Below are positions 1 through 12,400 of a stretch of 64,000 nucleotides of DNA, piece by piece; positions within the stretch are counted from its first letter, which is position 1; each line of letters opens with the position of its first letter. A model generated the notes under the pieces. The model worked only from the letters and a program-made list of their open reading frames with translations. It was not told the DNA's origin and searched no databases. The position numbers and the translations under genes are program-made. The stretch is from the NCBI RefSeq assembly GCF_006345805.1, contig NC_043010.1:51026001-51090000 (forward strand), written 5' to 3'. Source of the stretch: Octopus sinensis (lineage: Eukaryota).

Positions 1-350
1 GACTGCGCCCGTGCTAGAACACTGCCTTCAAGGGGTTTTTAGTCAAACAGGTCAACCTTAGTACATTTTTTTTTTTGTTTTTTTTTACTAGTTTGATACT
101 TATTTATTCTCTTGGTCTTTTGCTGAACCACCAAGTTATTGGGATGTAAACAAACCAACACTGGACATCAAGAAGGGATGGGAGGGGGTTGCAAATTCAA
201 GCACAAAGACACACACATACATAAATGGATCTCACTGTCTCTGTCTCTTTCTCTCTCTCTCTTTCTCTAAATATATATACACATAGCTTTAGGTCGACCA
301 AAGCCTTGTAAGTGGATTTGGTAGATGGAAACTGAAAGAAGCCTATCGTA

Positions 351-409
<59 letters not shown>

Positions 410-910
410 ATGTGTGTGTATGTTTGTGTGTCTGTGTTTGTCCCCCCAACATTGCTTGACAACCAATGGTTGTGTGTTTATATCCCCATAGCTTAGCAGT
501 TCAGCAAAAGAGACTGATAGAATAAGTACTAGGCTTCCAAAGAATAAGTCCTGGGGTTGATTTGCTTGACTAAAGGCAGCGCTCCAGCATGGCCACAGTC
601 AAATGACTGAAACAAGTAAAAAGAGTGAAAAAAAAAGATACATATAAAACAAACAAAAAATGCATGCAGCCACAAGACAGACTGACATTGGGTAACGCAT
701 AGGAAAACGACAATGTCCTGTAGGACTGGAGAGAAGAGGACAGATAGAAAATCAGAGTGAAGGAAGAAGCAAAGTATTAGGGAGGGAAAGAGAGAGAAAG
801 TGAGTGGGAGGAAGGCAGAAGAAAGGTAAAGAAAGAGGAAGAGACAGAAATAGATGTCACACAAAGGAGATTCAAAGAATATTTTACATCCATATATTCC
901 TTTATATTTA

Positions 911-1316
911 TTCTTTTACTTGTTTCAGTCATATGACTGCGACCATGCTGGAGCGCTGTCTAGTCGAACAAATCAACCCCAGGACTTATTCTTTGTAAGC
1001 CTAGTACTTATTCAACCAGTCTCTTTTGCCGAACCACTAAGTTACGGGGACACGTAAACAATGGTTGGGGGACAAACACAGACACACAAGCATACACACA
1101 CACACACTCACACATGCATATATATATGTACACACACATATATATATATAATATAACGATGAGCTTCTTTCAGTTTCTGTCTACCAAATCCACTGACAAG
1201 GCTTTGGTCAGCCTGAGTCTGTTGTAGAAGACACTTGCCCAAAGTGCTATGCAGTGAGACTGAACCCCGGGACCATGTGGTTGGTAAGCAAGCTACTTAC
1301 CATAGAGCCACTCCTG
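911..1316 (-). mobile_element. tRNA-derived SINE family A (head GGAGTGGCTGTGTGG)
   Basis: A/B-box-like head, central CA/TA microsatellite, tail GACTGAAACAAGTAAAAGAG. More than 20 full or partial copies in the window. Confidence 0.9.
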
Positions 1317-1474
1317 CACCTATAATATACATATATATATATATATTATATATAGAGATATGATGGGCTTTCACACAGTTTTTGTGTTTCTGAAAAGGCA
1401 ATGGTTTGTCCGGAGCTGTAGAAGAAGACTTTTGCTCAAGGTGCCAAGCTATGGGACTGAACTTCTGAACCACA

Positions 1475-1567
<93 letters not shown>

Positions 1568-1586
1568 TGTGTTTGTGTGTGTGTGT
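1475..1586. repeat. (TG)n microsatellite
   Basis: Direct reading. Confidence 0.98.
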
Positions 1587-1657
1587 TAAAAATATAAAAA
1601 TAAATATGAACAGAAATGTGTTTCCCAAAATATCAGGACTGGGATATATAAATATTT

Positions 1658-1747
1658 TTAGAGTGTTAGAGTGTTTCCATAAACCATTTGTAAACCTTGA
1701 ATATTTGTTGGGACATATTCCAAAATGTACCTGACCAATTCTTTGTG
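1658..1747 (-). CDS. Candidate terminal exon in phase with 2931-3027 (HKELVRYILEYVPTNIQGLQMVYGNTLTL*)
   Basis: Strong acceptor tttcctttcttccAG, phase 0, stop TAA at 1658-1660. Other frames and an internal donor (CAG|GTACAT) are also possible. Confidence 0.35.
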   Translation of the reverse strand, partial: HKELVRYILEYVPTNIQGLQMVYGNTLTL

Positions 1748-2083
1748 CTGGAAGAAAGGAAACTCCTCATCCCATTCCCAAATCATAAATAATAAAACAA
1801 CAACATTATTGGGTTACCACATTTATTGATTTCTAAAAACAATGATAATAATGTTATTATTATTAATTGTTAATCATTGAATCAGTTAAACATAACATGC
1901 CAGAAAATTCGAGGTTAGTTGAAGTTTATTAGGTATAGCTGTGTGGTTATGTGGTGTGTTTCACAATCATATGCTTCTACGTCCAATCTCAGCTATTTGA
2001 TACTTTTGGTAAATGGCTTGAGCTGACCAATAGTTTGTGAGTAGAGTGTGGTAGAGAGAAACTTTATGGAAGTTCATCATGTA

Positions 2084-2772
2084 GGAGTGGCTGTGTGGTA
2101 AGTAGCTTGCTTACCAACCACATGGTTCCGGGTTCAGTCCCACTACGTTGGCACCTTGGGCAAGTGTGGAGGCACATGGCCTAGTGGTTACAGCAGCAGA
2201 CTCGTGGTCGAGGGATCGCGGGTTTGAATCTCAGACCGGGTGATGTATGTGTTTATGAGCGAAACACCTAAACTCCATGCAGCTCCAGCAGAAGGTAAGG
2301 GCTAACTTCTGCTGTCTCTTTCGCCACAACTTGCTCTCACTCTTTACTCTTGCATCTTGCATCTTGCAGCTCACATGCGACGGACCGGCGTCCCATCCAG
2401 TTGGGGAACCTATATGCCAAGGAAACCGGGAAACCGGTCCTATGGGCCAGGCATGGATTGAGAAGGAACAAACAAGAACAACCTTGGACAAGTGTCTTCT
2501 ACTATAGCCTCAGGCCGACCAAAGCCTTGTGAGTGGATTTGGTAGACGTAAACTGAAAGAAGCCTGTATGTATGTGTGTGTGTGTTTGTCCTCCAACATC
2601 ACTTGACAACCGATGCTGGTGTGTTTACATCCCTGTAACTTAGCAGTTTGGCAAAAGAAACTGATAGAATAAGTACTAGGCTTAGAAAGAATAAGTTCTG
2701 AGGTTGATTTTCTTGGCTAAAGGTGGTGCTCCAGCATGGTCACAGTAAAATGACTGAAACAAGTGAAAGAGT

Positions 2773-2779
<7 letters not shown>
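2084..2779 (+). mobile_element. SINE A interrupted by a SINE C
   Basis: Head at 2084-2167, body resumes at 2481. Confidence 0.9.
2168..2480 (+). mobile_element. SINE family C (head GGAGGCGCATGGCCTAGTGGTTAG)
   Basis: A/B boxes, 15-bp TSD accttgg(g/a)caagtgt. Confidence 0.9.
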
Positions 2780-2812
<33 letters not shown>

Positions 2813-2930
2813 CTGCATGTGTGTGTGTATGTGTGTAAGTATGAGTATGTAGTGTGCATCTCATGAATATATTTCCACGAAGTGTGTAATAAATGTTGTC
2901 TTTCAATTGGTATCATGAAGAGAAACGTAC

Positions 2931-3027
2931 CCGAATGCAATGGTAATTGTCATGATTCTGTATTGCATTTAACTGAGAAGAGACACATATGTTATAATGT
3001 GGTAAAAACTGATTATCATCAGCCAGA
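2931..3027 (-). CDS. Candidate internal exon of an unidentified minus-strand gene (LADDNQFLPHYNICVSSQLNAIQNHDNYHCIR)
   Basis: Acceptor ttttcttcttcattttAG, donor CGG|GTACGT, only one of three frames open, non-repetitive sequence. Confidence 0.5.
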
Positions 3028-3252
3028 CTAAAATGAAGAAGAAAAGTCATCATTATTTTGGTGCTCATTAACAAGCAAGTCATGCACATTATTGAGCTAA
3101 CTTCCATCAATCAAATTTATGTATGCATTTATCTTTTATTAATGTCGGACATAAAAATATATATTATGTATTTATATATGTATATCTACATGTATGTGGG
3201 TGTGTTTATAATATTATATATATATATATATATATATAATATACACATATAC

Positions 3253-3308
<56 letters not shown>

Positions 3309-3446
3309 ACATATATATATATAATATATTATATATATATATATACATACATATATATATACATACATACAAATATACATACATATATATTATATATAAT
3401 ATTATATATCTATATAATATATATATATATATATATACATACAAAT

Positions 3447-3500
<54 letters not shown>

Positions 3501-3634
3501 TATCGAAATTACTACGATGATCCGGTTCTTGACTGAAGACTGAGGGGTTCGAATGTCCTGTCCATGTTTATTGTATCGTCTTCTATGAGTTATACGTTCT
3601 TGTCCTGTTTGTTTTTTCTACATACCTTAATATA

Positions 3635-3669
<35 letters not shown>

Positions 3670-3830
3670 CTAGCAGCTAAGCCCGGTTTCACCCGGTTTG
3701 TTTGGATGATGTAAAGATGTGTCGTGATGATCGACTTATTTGTACTTAGTCTGTTTCTGAGAACTATTGTATTGGACCTCTGTGTAATCATTAAAACATT
3801 GATTTAATTATGAACATAGAAAGAAATTAT
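3670..3830 (-). mobile_element. Possible Helitron 3' end
   Basis: Minus strand ends CCGGGTGAAACCGGGCTTAGCTG-CTAG-T next to (TA)n. Confidence 0.4.
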
Positions 3831-4529
3831 ACATTAATCCCTATTTTTGTAAACAGTTGTATCTGTAAAAAAATTTTTATTTGCAGAGAACAGAAATTGA
3901 AAGAAGATATATGAAATGGACGTGTGTGTGTGTGTGCGTATGTGTTCGTGTGCATGTGTGTGTGTGTGTGTGCATGCGTGCTTGCGCGTGTGTATGTGAG
4001 AGAGAAGAGAGACAGCATAGCGAAAGTTTTGGCTGACTGTCATCCTGTACTCCCCTTGTTGCTAGCGAAATGGTATATGCCGGCTGTGTGAGCAACTGGT
4101 TGTTTTAATGGCGGAACAAACAGGGGAATTCCATTAGAAAAAGTTTTAAAAGATTTTCTCGGTAAGTATGGGAGCCAGGAAAAAAATACAAACTGCATTC
4201 CAATGTATGCATCCATCTCCACATGTGTGCCATTTTTCACGCGAATCCACCCAGCCGTTTGGCTGTGAACCTCAAGACAAGAAAGAATACAACAATCACC
4301 CATCTCCAATTTATATTATAGATATATATGTATATATGTGGCTGTATGGTTAAGAATCTTGCTTTGCTACCATGTAGTTTCAGGTTGCCCAAGGTACCAC
4401 TGTGTGGCACCTTGGGCAAGTATCTTCTAGTATAGCCCTGGGATGACTAAATATCTTGTGAGTGAATTTGGTAGACAAAAACTATGAGGGAGCCTGAAGT
4501 GTGTGTGTGTGTGTATGTATGCATAGATA

Positions 4530-5097
4530 TCATCATCATCATCATCATCATCATCATTTAACGTCCGCTTTCCATGCTAGCATGGGTTGGACGGTTCAAC
4601 TGGGGTCTGAGGAACCCGAAGGCTGCACCAGGCCAGTCAGATCTGGCAGTGTTTCTACAGCTGGATGCCCTTCCTAACGCCAACCACTCCGAGAGTGTAG
4701 TGGGTGAGTTTATGTGCCACCGACACAGGTGCCAGACGAGGCTGGCGAACGGCCACGCTCGGATGGTGTTTTTTTTTTTATGTGCCACCGACACAGGTGC
4801 CAGACGAGGCTGGCAGACGGCCACGCTCGGATGGTGTTTTTATGTGCCACCGACACAGGTGCCAGATGAGGCTGGCGAACGGCCACGATCGGATGGTGTT
4901 TGTTACGTGCCCACAGCATGGAGGCCAGTCGATGCGGTACTGGCTACGGCCACGTTCAGATGATTTTCTTGTGTGCCACCGGCACTGGTACTTCAAAGAT
5001 ACAAATTCCATTGATGTTCATCTATTTTGATTTGTTTTGATTTTGATTTTGATTTTCACTTGCCTCAACAGGTCTTCACAAGTGTCACAAGAAGGAA
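4530..5097 (-). mobile_element. RTE 3'-UTR/tail copy (truncated LINE or non-autonomous derivative)
   Basis: Reverse complement of 11040-11521, (CAT)n tail, three internal units of about 60 bp. Confidence 0.9.
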
Positions 5098-5736
5098 ATA
5101 TATATATATGTATATATGATATGTATAAATCTAGACATCATCATAGTTGTGATTCTCTCCCCACTGCCCCAACTAACTGACATCCAGTGTTGGTTTGTTT
5201 ACATTCCCATAACTTAATCAGTTCAGCAAAAGAGACTGATAAAATACTGGGTCGATTTCTTCAACTCTACAAGGTGGTATTCCAGCATGGGCAAAGTCCT
5301 ATGACTGAAACAAGTTAAAGATAAAGATTAATACATACACACACACTCACAGATACATATGAGCCCCCTTCACACACACACACACACATATATAAATATA
5401 GAAAATGTCTGTTTGTGTGTGTATATATGCATATACATGTGTATGTATAAATGGATGGATGTGTTTTTCTTTCATCAGTGAAAGAAATTAATTAGTCATT
5501 GATTAATATTATTTCTTCCCTTACAGCATAATTATTTCAAATTAGATATTCAATGGAAATAGATATCTAAATAGGCACAGGCATAGCTTTATGGTTAAGG
5601 AGATCACTTTGCAATTATGTGGTTTTGAGTTCCATCCCTATGTGTGGCACCTTGAACAAATGTCTTCATCTGTAGATCTGTGTTGACTGTTACCTTGCCA
5701 GGTAATGTAGAAGACAGAAGCTATAAAGACACGCAT

Positions 5737-5769
<33 letters not shown>

Positions 5770-6256
5770 GATAATGGTGTCATTGAGACCCAAAGGTGTC
5801 AGGTAATGCTGAATAAGTGCTATTGTCAGACAATAGTTAAGTTCCAGATTCGGTAATATTGCGAATAAATGGTTCAACATTGGTTCTATGTCAGCGTGTG
5901 TATATAAGAATTTTTTGCGTAATAAGATAAACAACCAAGGCTGTATAGATATTAGAGCATTAAATGCTCAAATATCTATACAGCCTTGGTTTTTTATCTT
6001 ATTATACAAAAAATTCTTATATATATACGTTTTATTTATTATTTTGCACATTACTTAATCATCGTTATATGTTTTATCTTATATTTAATCTTTCTATAAA
6101 ATGTAATTTTCTAGATGGTATGATTTAATTTTTCATTATTGAATTGATGAAAGGTGTTTTTTTTCTAATTTATATATATATTTTATATTTTGTGAAATTT
6201 GATTTAGTATTTCTAAATTGAATTTTTCCCTGTAAGTTTGGAATAATATTCCCTCA

Positions 6257-6303
<47 letters not shown>

Positions 6304-6304
6304 C

Positions 6305-6341
<37 letters not shown>

Positions 6342-7050
6342 GGTTAGTTGTGTTAGAAGTTAAAATAACCCCAAATATTATTGAATGTTCACAACATTCA
6401 ATAATATAAAAAATGTGAATCTTCTCTAAATGCACAAAATTCAAAAGTGTTAGAAGTGATCGATAAGAGGAGAAAAACAAGGGAGAAATGAAGATAGATT
6501 CTTTTTCTGTAATGTGCAGGGATTTTCGCTTGTAATGGCATTTTTTGGAATCCAGTGCATTTATAATTTTTTTCCATGAATGGATCTGATTTTTGACTCG
6601 TTACAGTACTGATGACGTCTTATTTTTCTGGTAGTCAAGTTTGTCGTTCTGCCTGGTTGACTTCCCTGTGGGGGAATGGTCATCAGCCGTTCCAGTTGGT
6701 TAATTCTCTAAATGGGTCATTTTGTTGTATTTACTGAAGTTTGGTTTTGAGTGGAGGTAAAATTTCATTGGTCTAGAGTTACATGACGTCAGCAATTGGT
6801 GTTTGTAAAATTTCATTGGTCTAGAGTTAGGTGACGTCAGCAACTGGTGTTTGTATGGTGTTATTGTACGGTGATCTGGAGTTGCTGCAACTCCAGATCA
6901 CCATTGATAAACAAAAAAATATTGTTGAAACTAGTTTGTAAGTATGTAAATAAATTTATTTAAAAACAATTACAAGCTTTTGAAATTCAGATGTATTTTC
7001 AACACAAATTTTCCTATATTTTTTCCTGAGTGGAAAAAATATTGTTATAT
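5770..7050 (-). mobile_element. Possible Penelope-like element relic with an inverted segment
   Basis: Minus-strand MHWIPK at about 6550 resembles the YWIPK.H motif upstream of PLE RT. Long palindrome at 5901-6023, (TA)n flanks. Confidence 0.35.
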
Positions 7051-7057
7051 ATATATA

Positions 7058-7215
7058 TCACATTTTTTTTCTCTCCTTGTTTTTTCTGTGTCCCTTTCTG
7101 TAGAAGAGCGTAGGCTTGAAACGTAAAAGACTTTTTCTATTCCTGAGCATTATATTAATACATCTGTTTGTTTTGTACACCACTTGTCTTCGTCTTTTGT
7201 TTTTTTCGTGAACTC

Positions 7216-7220
<5 letters not shown>
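7058..7220 (+). mobile_element. Short (TA)n-flanked dispersed repeat, PLE pLTR-like
   Basis: Second copy at 63545-63710. Contains GAAGAG...GAAACGT. Confidence 0.55.
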
Positions 7221-7246
<26 letters not shown>

Positions 7247-7740
7247 CATCATCATCATCATCATCGTTTAACGTCCGCTTTCCATGCTAGCATGGGTTAG
7301 ACGGTTCAACTGGGGTCTGGGGAGCCCGAAGGCTGCACCAGGCCAGTCAGATCTGGCAGAGTTTCTACAGCTGGATGCCCTTCCTAACGCCAACCACTCC
7401 GTGAGTGTAGTGGGTGCTTTTTATGTGTCACCGACACAGGTGCCAGACGAGGCTGGCGAACGGCCACGCTCGGATGGTGTTTTTTTGTGCTACCGACACA
7501 GGTGCCAGACGAGGCTGGCAAACGGCCACGCTCGGATGGTGTTTTTTACGTGCCACCAGCACAGAGGCCAGGCGAGGCTGGCACGGCCACGATCGGATGG
7601 TGTTTGTTAGGTGCCCACAGCACGGGGGCCAGTCGATGCGGCACTGGCTACGGCCACGTTCAGATGGTTTGCGTATGTGCCACCGGCACTGGTAGCACAA
7701 AGATATACAAATTCCATTGATGTTCATCGATTTTGATTTA
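7247..7740 (-). mobile_element. RTE 3'-UTR/tail copy
   Basis: Same family as 4530-5097, sitting within (TA)n. Confidence 0.9.
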
Positions 7741-8164
7741 TATATATATATACAGAGAGAGAGAGAGAGAGAGAGAAGACAGACAGACAGACAGATAGAG
7801 AGAGAGACAGGTAGACAGAGTCACCTAAGGCCTGGTAATAATGATTAACCTATGATTCACTTTGCTAGTAGCAAAGCATACTCTTCCCTGCATCGTATAT
7901 TTGAGTATTGAAATTAATAATTAATTAAAACATCAAGGTGATCCCCCTTACCCTTTTTAACCAGAATTGTTCATTAAGATACTCACTCATTCTTTTAGCT
8001 AAATTTGGAATTTTAATTAATTAAGTTTTTTTGGTTCATTGCATGAAATATGTTAGCATGCACTTTACTAATCGTTGATTGAAATGTAAGTGATAAAAAT
8101 TATATGAGAGAAAGAAAAAGAGATAAAGAGATAGTAGTGATAACGATAGAGAGAGAAAGAGAGA

Positions 8165-8577
8165 GAGATGTGTATATGTATTGTGTGTGTTTATGTGTAT
8201 GTGTGCATGTACGCTTGTATGTGTGTGTATGTGTGTGTGTGTGCATGTGTGTGTGTGTGCATGTGTGTGTGCATGTACATGTGTGTGCATGTGTGTATGT
8301 GTGTATGTGTGTATGTGTGTAAGTACGTGTATGTGTGTCTGTATGTGTGTATGTTTGCGTGTGTGTGTGTATGCATGTGTGCATGTGCATGAGTGTGTGT
8401 GTATGCATATGTGTATGTGTGTGTGCATATGTATGTGTGTGCATGTGTGCGTGTGTGTGTATGCGTGTATAGGTGTGTGTGTGTATGCGTGTATAGGTGT
8501 GTGTGTGCACATGCATGTGTGTACGTGTCTGTGCATATGTGTATGTGTGAATGTGTGTGTGTGTGTGTGTGTGTGTG

Positions 8578-8618
<41 letters not shown>

Positions 8619-8632
8619 TGTGTGTATGTGTG
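8165..8632. repeat. Degenerate TG/TA/CA dinucleotide patchwork
   Basis: Direct reading. A mirror-type tract lies at 37605-38215. Confidence 0.95.
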
Positions 8633-9095
8633 TTCTGACCAGCAGGTTGCAGTTAAAAAAATACAAAGAAAGAAGAAGGCAAGGAAGACTGCTTCAGACA
8701 TGTTTCGAATGGCACATCACCAGTTATCGTATCCAGACAATAATTTCAGATGACTGAATTGGAGAGAGAAGAGGTGGAGGGGTGGGAGAATTTGGCTCAT
8801 TCATTTTTCGCTTTGTTATTTCTTTTGTTGTTGTTGTTGTCATCATCATCGTCATTATCATCCTCCTGTTACTCCTCATTCTCTTCCTCCTCTTTCTCAT
8901 CATCATCATCATTATCATTACCACCCCTTCCTTCTACACATCCCCATCTTCTTCTTTTACTTCTTCTTCTTCTTCTTCCTCCTCCTCCTGGTTCTCCCTC
9001 ACATCCCTTTTCCCCTTCCTCTCCTCTGACTCCTCCTTGTCCTTCTCCCTGACTTTTATACAGTGTTTCAGAATATGCATATTCTTTCTCATATA

Positions 9096-9148
<53 letters not shown>

Positions 9149-9150
<2 letters not shown>

Positions 9151-11521
9151 CGCTAAATGAGGATGCAAAGAGAGAGGTCTGGAGATGCCATTATGAAAGG
9201 TTTCTGAATGAAGAAAATGAATGGGATAAAGAGAGTCTGCTGAATGTTGACCCCACAGAGGGACCAGCTATCCAAGTTGATAGTTCTGTGGTAGCTAAGG
9301 CAATTAGAAGCATGAAGACAGGGAAAGCCCCAGGCCCATCAGGAATCACTGCAGAGATGCTCAAAATGTCTGGTAGTGTCGGCTATAGCCTAGTCACCCA
9401 TATAGTTAATCAGGTGATACACAAAGGGTCATACCCAATGACTGGTGTAGCAGTATAATAGTCAACTGCTACAAAGGTAAAGGTGATGCCCTAGATACAA
9501 ATAACTACAGAGTTATCAAGCTGTTGGACCAGGTGATGAAGGTTACGGAGAGGGTCATAGCCCAACTAATTAGAGAGAGAGTTAGTTTAGATGAGATGCA
9601 GTTTGGGTTTGTGCCAGGGAAAAGTACTACTGATGCTATATTCCTGGTAAGGCAGCTGCAGGAGAAATACCTAGCCAAAGATAAGCCCCTGTACCTGGCT
9701 TTTGTTGACATGGAGAAAGCCTTCGACAGGGTCCCCCGATCCCTTATCTGGTGGGCAATGAGAAAACTAGGGATAGATGAATGGTTAGTGAGAGCTGTGC
9801 GGGCCATGTATAGGGACGCCACTAGTAGGGTGAGGGTTGGAAATGAGTACAGTGAAGAATTCCGGTAGAGGTAGGGGTCCACCAAGGCTCAGTACTCAGC
9901 CCCCTCCTATTTATCATAGTCCTCCAGGCAATAACGGAGGAATTCAAGACAGGATGCCCTTGGAGCTCCTCTATGCTGATGACTTGCTCTAATTGCTGAG
10001 TCGCTATCAGAACTGGAGGAGAAGTTTCAGGTGTGGAAACAAGGATTAGAATCGAAGGGCCTCAGAGTCAATCTAGCTAAAACCAAAGTCGTAATCAGTA
10101 GGAAGGTAGACAAATCACAAACCACCTTCAGGTAGATGGCCTGCTCGATCTGTAGAAAAGGTGTAGGTAGAAACTCTATAAGATGCACCCAGTGTAAGCT
10201 ATGGACACATAAGAGATGCAGCAATGTCAAAGGAAGGCTAACTAGGAAGATGTTTTTTGTATGTGGCAGATGCTCAGGAACAATAAACACTGAAAATGCT
10301 CTGAGACCAACTTCCGTCACTTTCCAGGAGAAAAACTAGAAATAGTTGATAGTTTCCGTTACCTAGGTGACCAAGTCAGCAGCGGGGGTGGGTGTGCTGA
10401 AGTGTAACTGCTAGAGTAAGAATAGCTTGGGCAAAGTTCAAGAGCTCTTACCTCTGCTGGTGACAAAAGGCCTCTCGCAAGAGTGAAGGCAGACTGTATG
10501 ATGCGTGTGTACGAACCCATGCTACATGGCAGTGAAACATGGCCGTGACTGCTGAGGATATGCGTAAGCTCGCTAGAAATGAAGCCAGTATGCTCCGATG
10601 GATGTGTAATGCCGGTACTCACACTCGGCAGAGTGTAAGTACCTTGAGAGAAAAGCTGGACCTAAGAAGCATCAGTTGTGGTGTGCAAGAGAGACGTTTG
10701 CGCTGGTATGGTCATGTGGCGAGAATGGATGAAGATAGTGTGTGAAAAAGTGCCACACCCTAGCGGTTGAGGGAACCTGTGGAAGAGGCACCCAGGAAAA
10801 CCTGGGACGAGGTGGTGAAGCACGACCTTCGAACTTTAGGTCTCACTGAGGAAATGACTAGAGACCGAGACCTCTGGAAGTGTGCTGTGCGCGAGAAGAC
10901 CCGGCAGGACAAGTGAGTCCAACCACCCGTGGCCTTCTACATGGGATGGAGCCAGCCTACGTATGCATACCTTCCCTTCTTGGGACACAAAACTCTACTT
11001 GTGAAGACGTGTTGAGGCAAGTGAGGATCAGAATCGAAATCGATCAATGGAAATTGCGGATGTGCTACCAATGCGGTGGCATGTCGAAACTCTGCTTGTG
11101 AAGACCCATTGAGGCAAGTGAGGATCAGAATCGAAATCGATCAATGGAAATCGATCAATGGAATTGCAGATGTGTTACCAGTGCCGGTGTGCATGTAAGA
11201 GAACTTTCCGTTTCGCGACCGTTGCCAGCACCGCCCCGTTCGTGTCCGTTGCCAGCCTCGCCTGCCCTCGTGCCGGTGGCACATAAAAGCACCATCCGTT
11301 CGTGGCCGTTTGCCAGCTCTGTCTGGCACCAGTGCGGGTGGCACGTAAAAAGCACCCACTACACTCACGGAGTGGTTGGCGTTAGGAAGGGCATCCAGCC
11401 GTAGAAACACTGCCAGATTGACTGGGCCTGATGAAGCCTTCTGGCTTCACAGACCCCAGTAGAACCGTCCAACCCATGCTAGCATGGAAAACGGACGCTA
11501 AATGATGATGATGATGATGAT
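9149..11521 (+). mobile_element. 5'-truncated RTE-clade LINE, frameshifted RT, with 3' UTR and (TGA)n tail
   Basis: RT motifs KAPGPSGI, QFGFVPGKSTTDAIF, FVDMEKAFDRV, HQGSVLSP and LYADD (9972-9983). C-terminal ...EKTRQDK* at about 10916, tail at 11503-11521, (TA)n on both flanks. Confidence 0.95.
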
Positions 11522-11575
11522 ATAACTATTTATATTATATATATATATAACACACACATATAATTATATATATAC

Positions 11576-11618
<43 letters not shown>

Positions 11619-11773
11619 CTATATATATATACATATATATATATGTGTGTGTGTGTAGATATATATATATGTAGCTATATATATATACACATACATATAT
11701 GTATATATATATATATTATATATATGTATGTATATATATGTATATATGTATATACATATGTAATATATATTAT

Positions 11774-11819
<46 letters not shown>

Positions 11820-11876
11820 TATATATATACATACATATATATATGTAATGTATATATATATTGTGTATACATATTG

Positions 11877-11930
<54 letters not shown>

Positions 11931-11940
11931 TATATATATA
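11521..11940. repeat. Interrupted (TA)n tract
   Basis: Direct reading. Similar tracts at 3210-3500 and 15300-15540. Confidence 0.95.
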
Positions 11941-12400
11941 TTTTTTCTGTATATGTAAATGTACATCTTTCTATGTATACGTGAATATTCTACTTTTATC
12001 AGAGAATCACATGAGTTTTGTCGTACGATTATTATCTCAATCTCCCCCCCCCCCAAAAAAAAGCCAACAAAAAAAGAACCAAAATCATGTGTAATTATCA
12101 GAAATGCATTGATATTAACTTTTGGACACTGAAACGGCAACAAGGTCACACGTATTCTTTCAATTATGTTATTTTGCATCTTAAAAATACTGAAGGTAAA
12201 ATTAACCTTCCCATAACTATCAGCACTGGATTAACCATTATTTGAAAAAAGCACATGCTTAGGCCATCAAGAAAAGGGGACACCACAGAAATGGTATATG
12301 GTTTATGGCACAAAAGAACCACTTTAAACTTGTTAAAATAATATTTGAAGTAGTTTATATGATTGGAAATGTAATTTTGAAGTGTTCATGGTGTCATAGG

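Noticed and set aside
2084-2240. tRNA genes
   Set aside because: The A/B-box sequences are SINE heads continuing into SINE bodies. I found no complete cloverleaf.
7095-7132. Hammerhead in the 7058/63545 family and at 3533
   Set aside because: Core-like boxes are present, but I could not form the core and stems I and II simultaneously.
8644-8753. Plus-strand terminal exon (VAVKKIQRKKKARK...)
   Set aside because: Two frames look equally plausible, the acceptor is weak, and no partner exon or homology was recognised.
12200-12340. Open minus-strand frame
   Set aside because: Shares ggcacaaaagaacca with 62797, which suggests a repeat. No clear splice signals.
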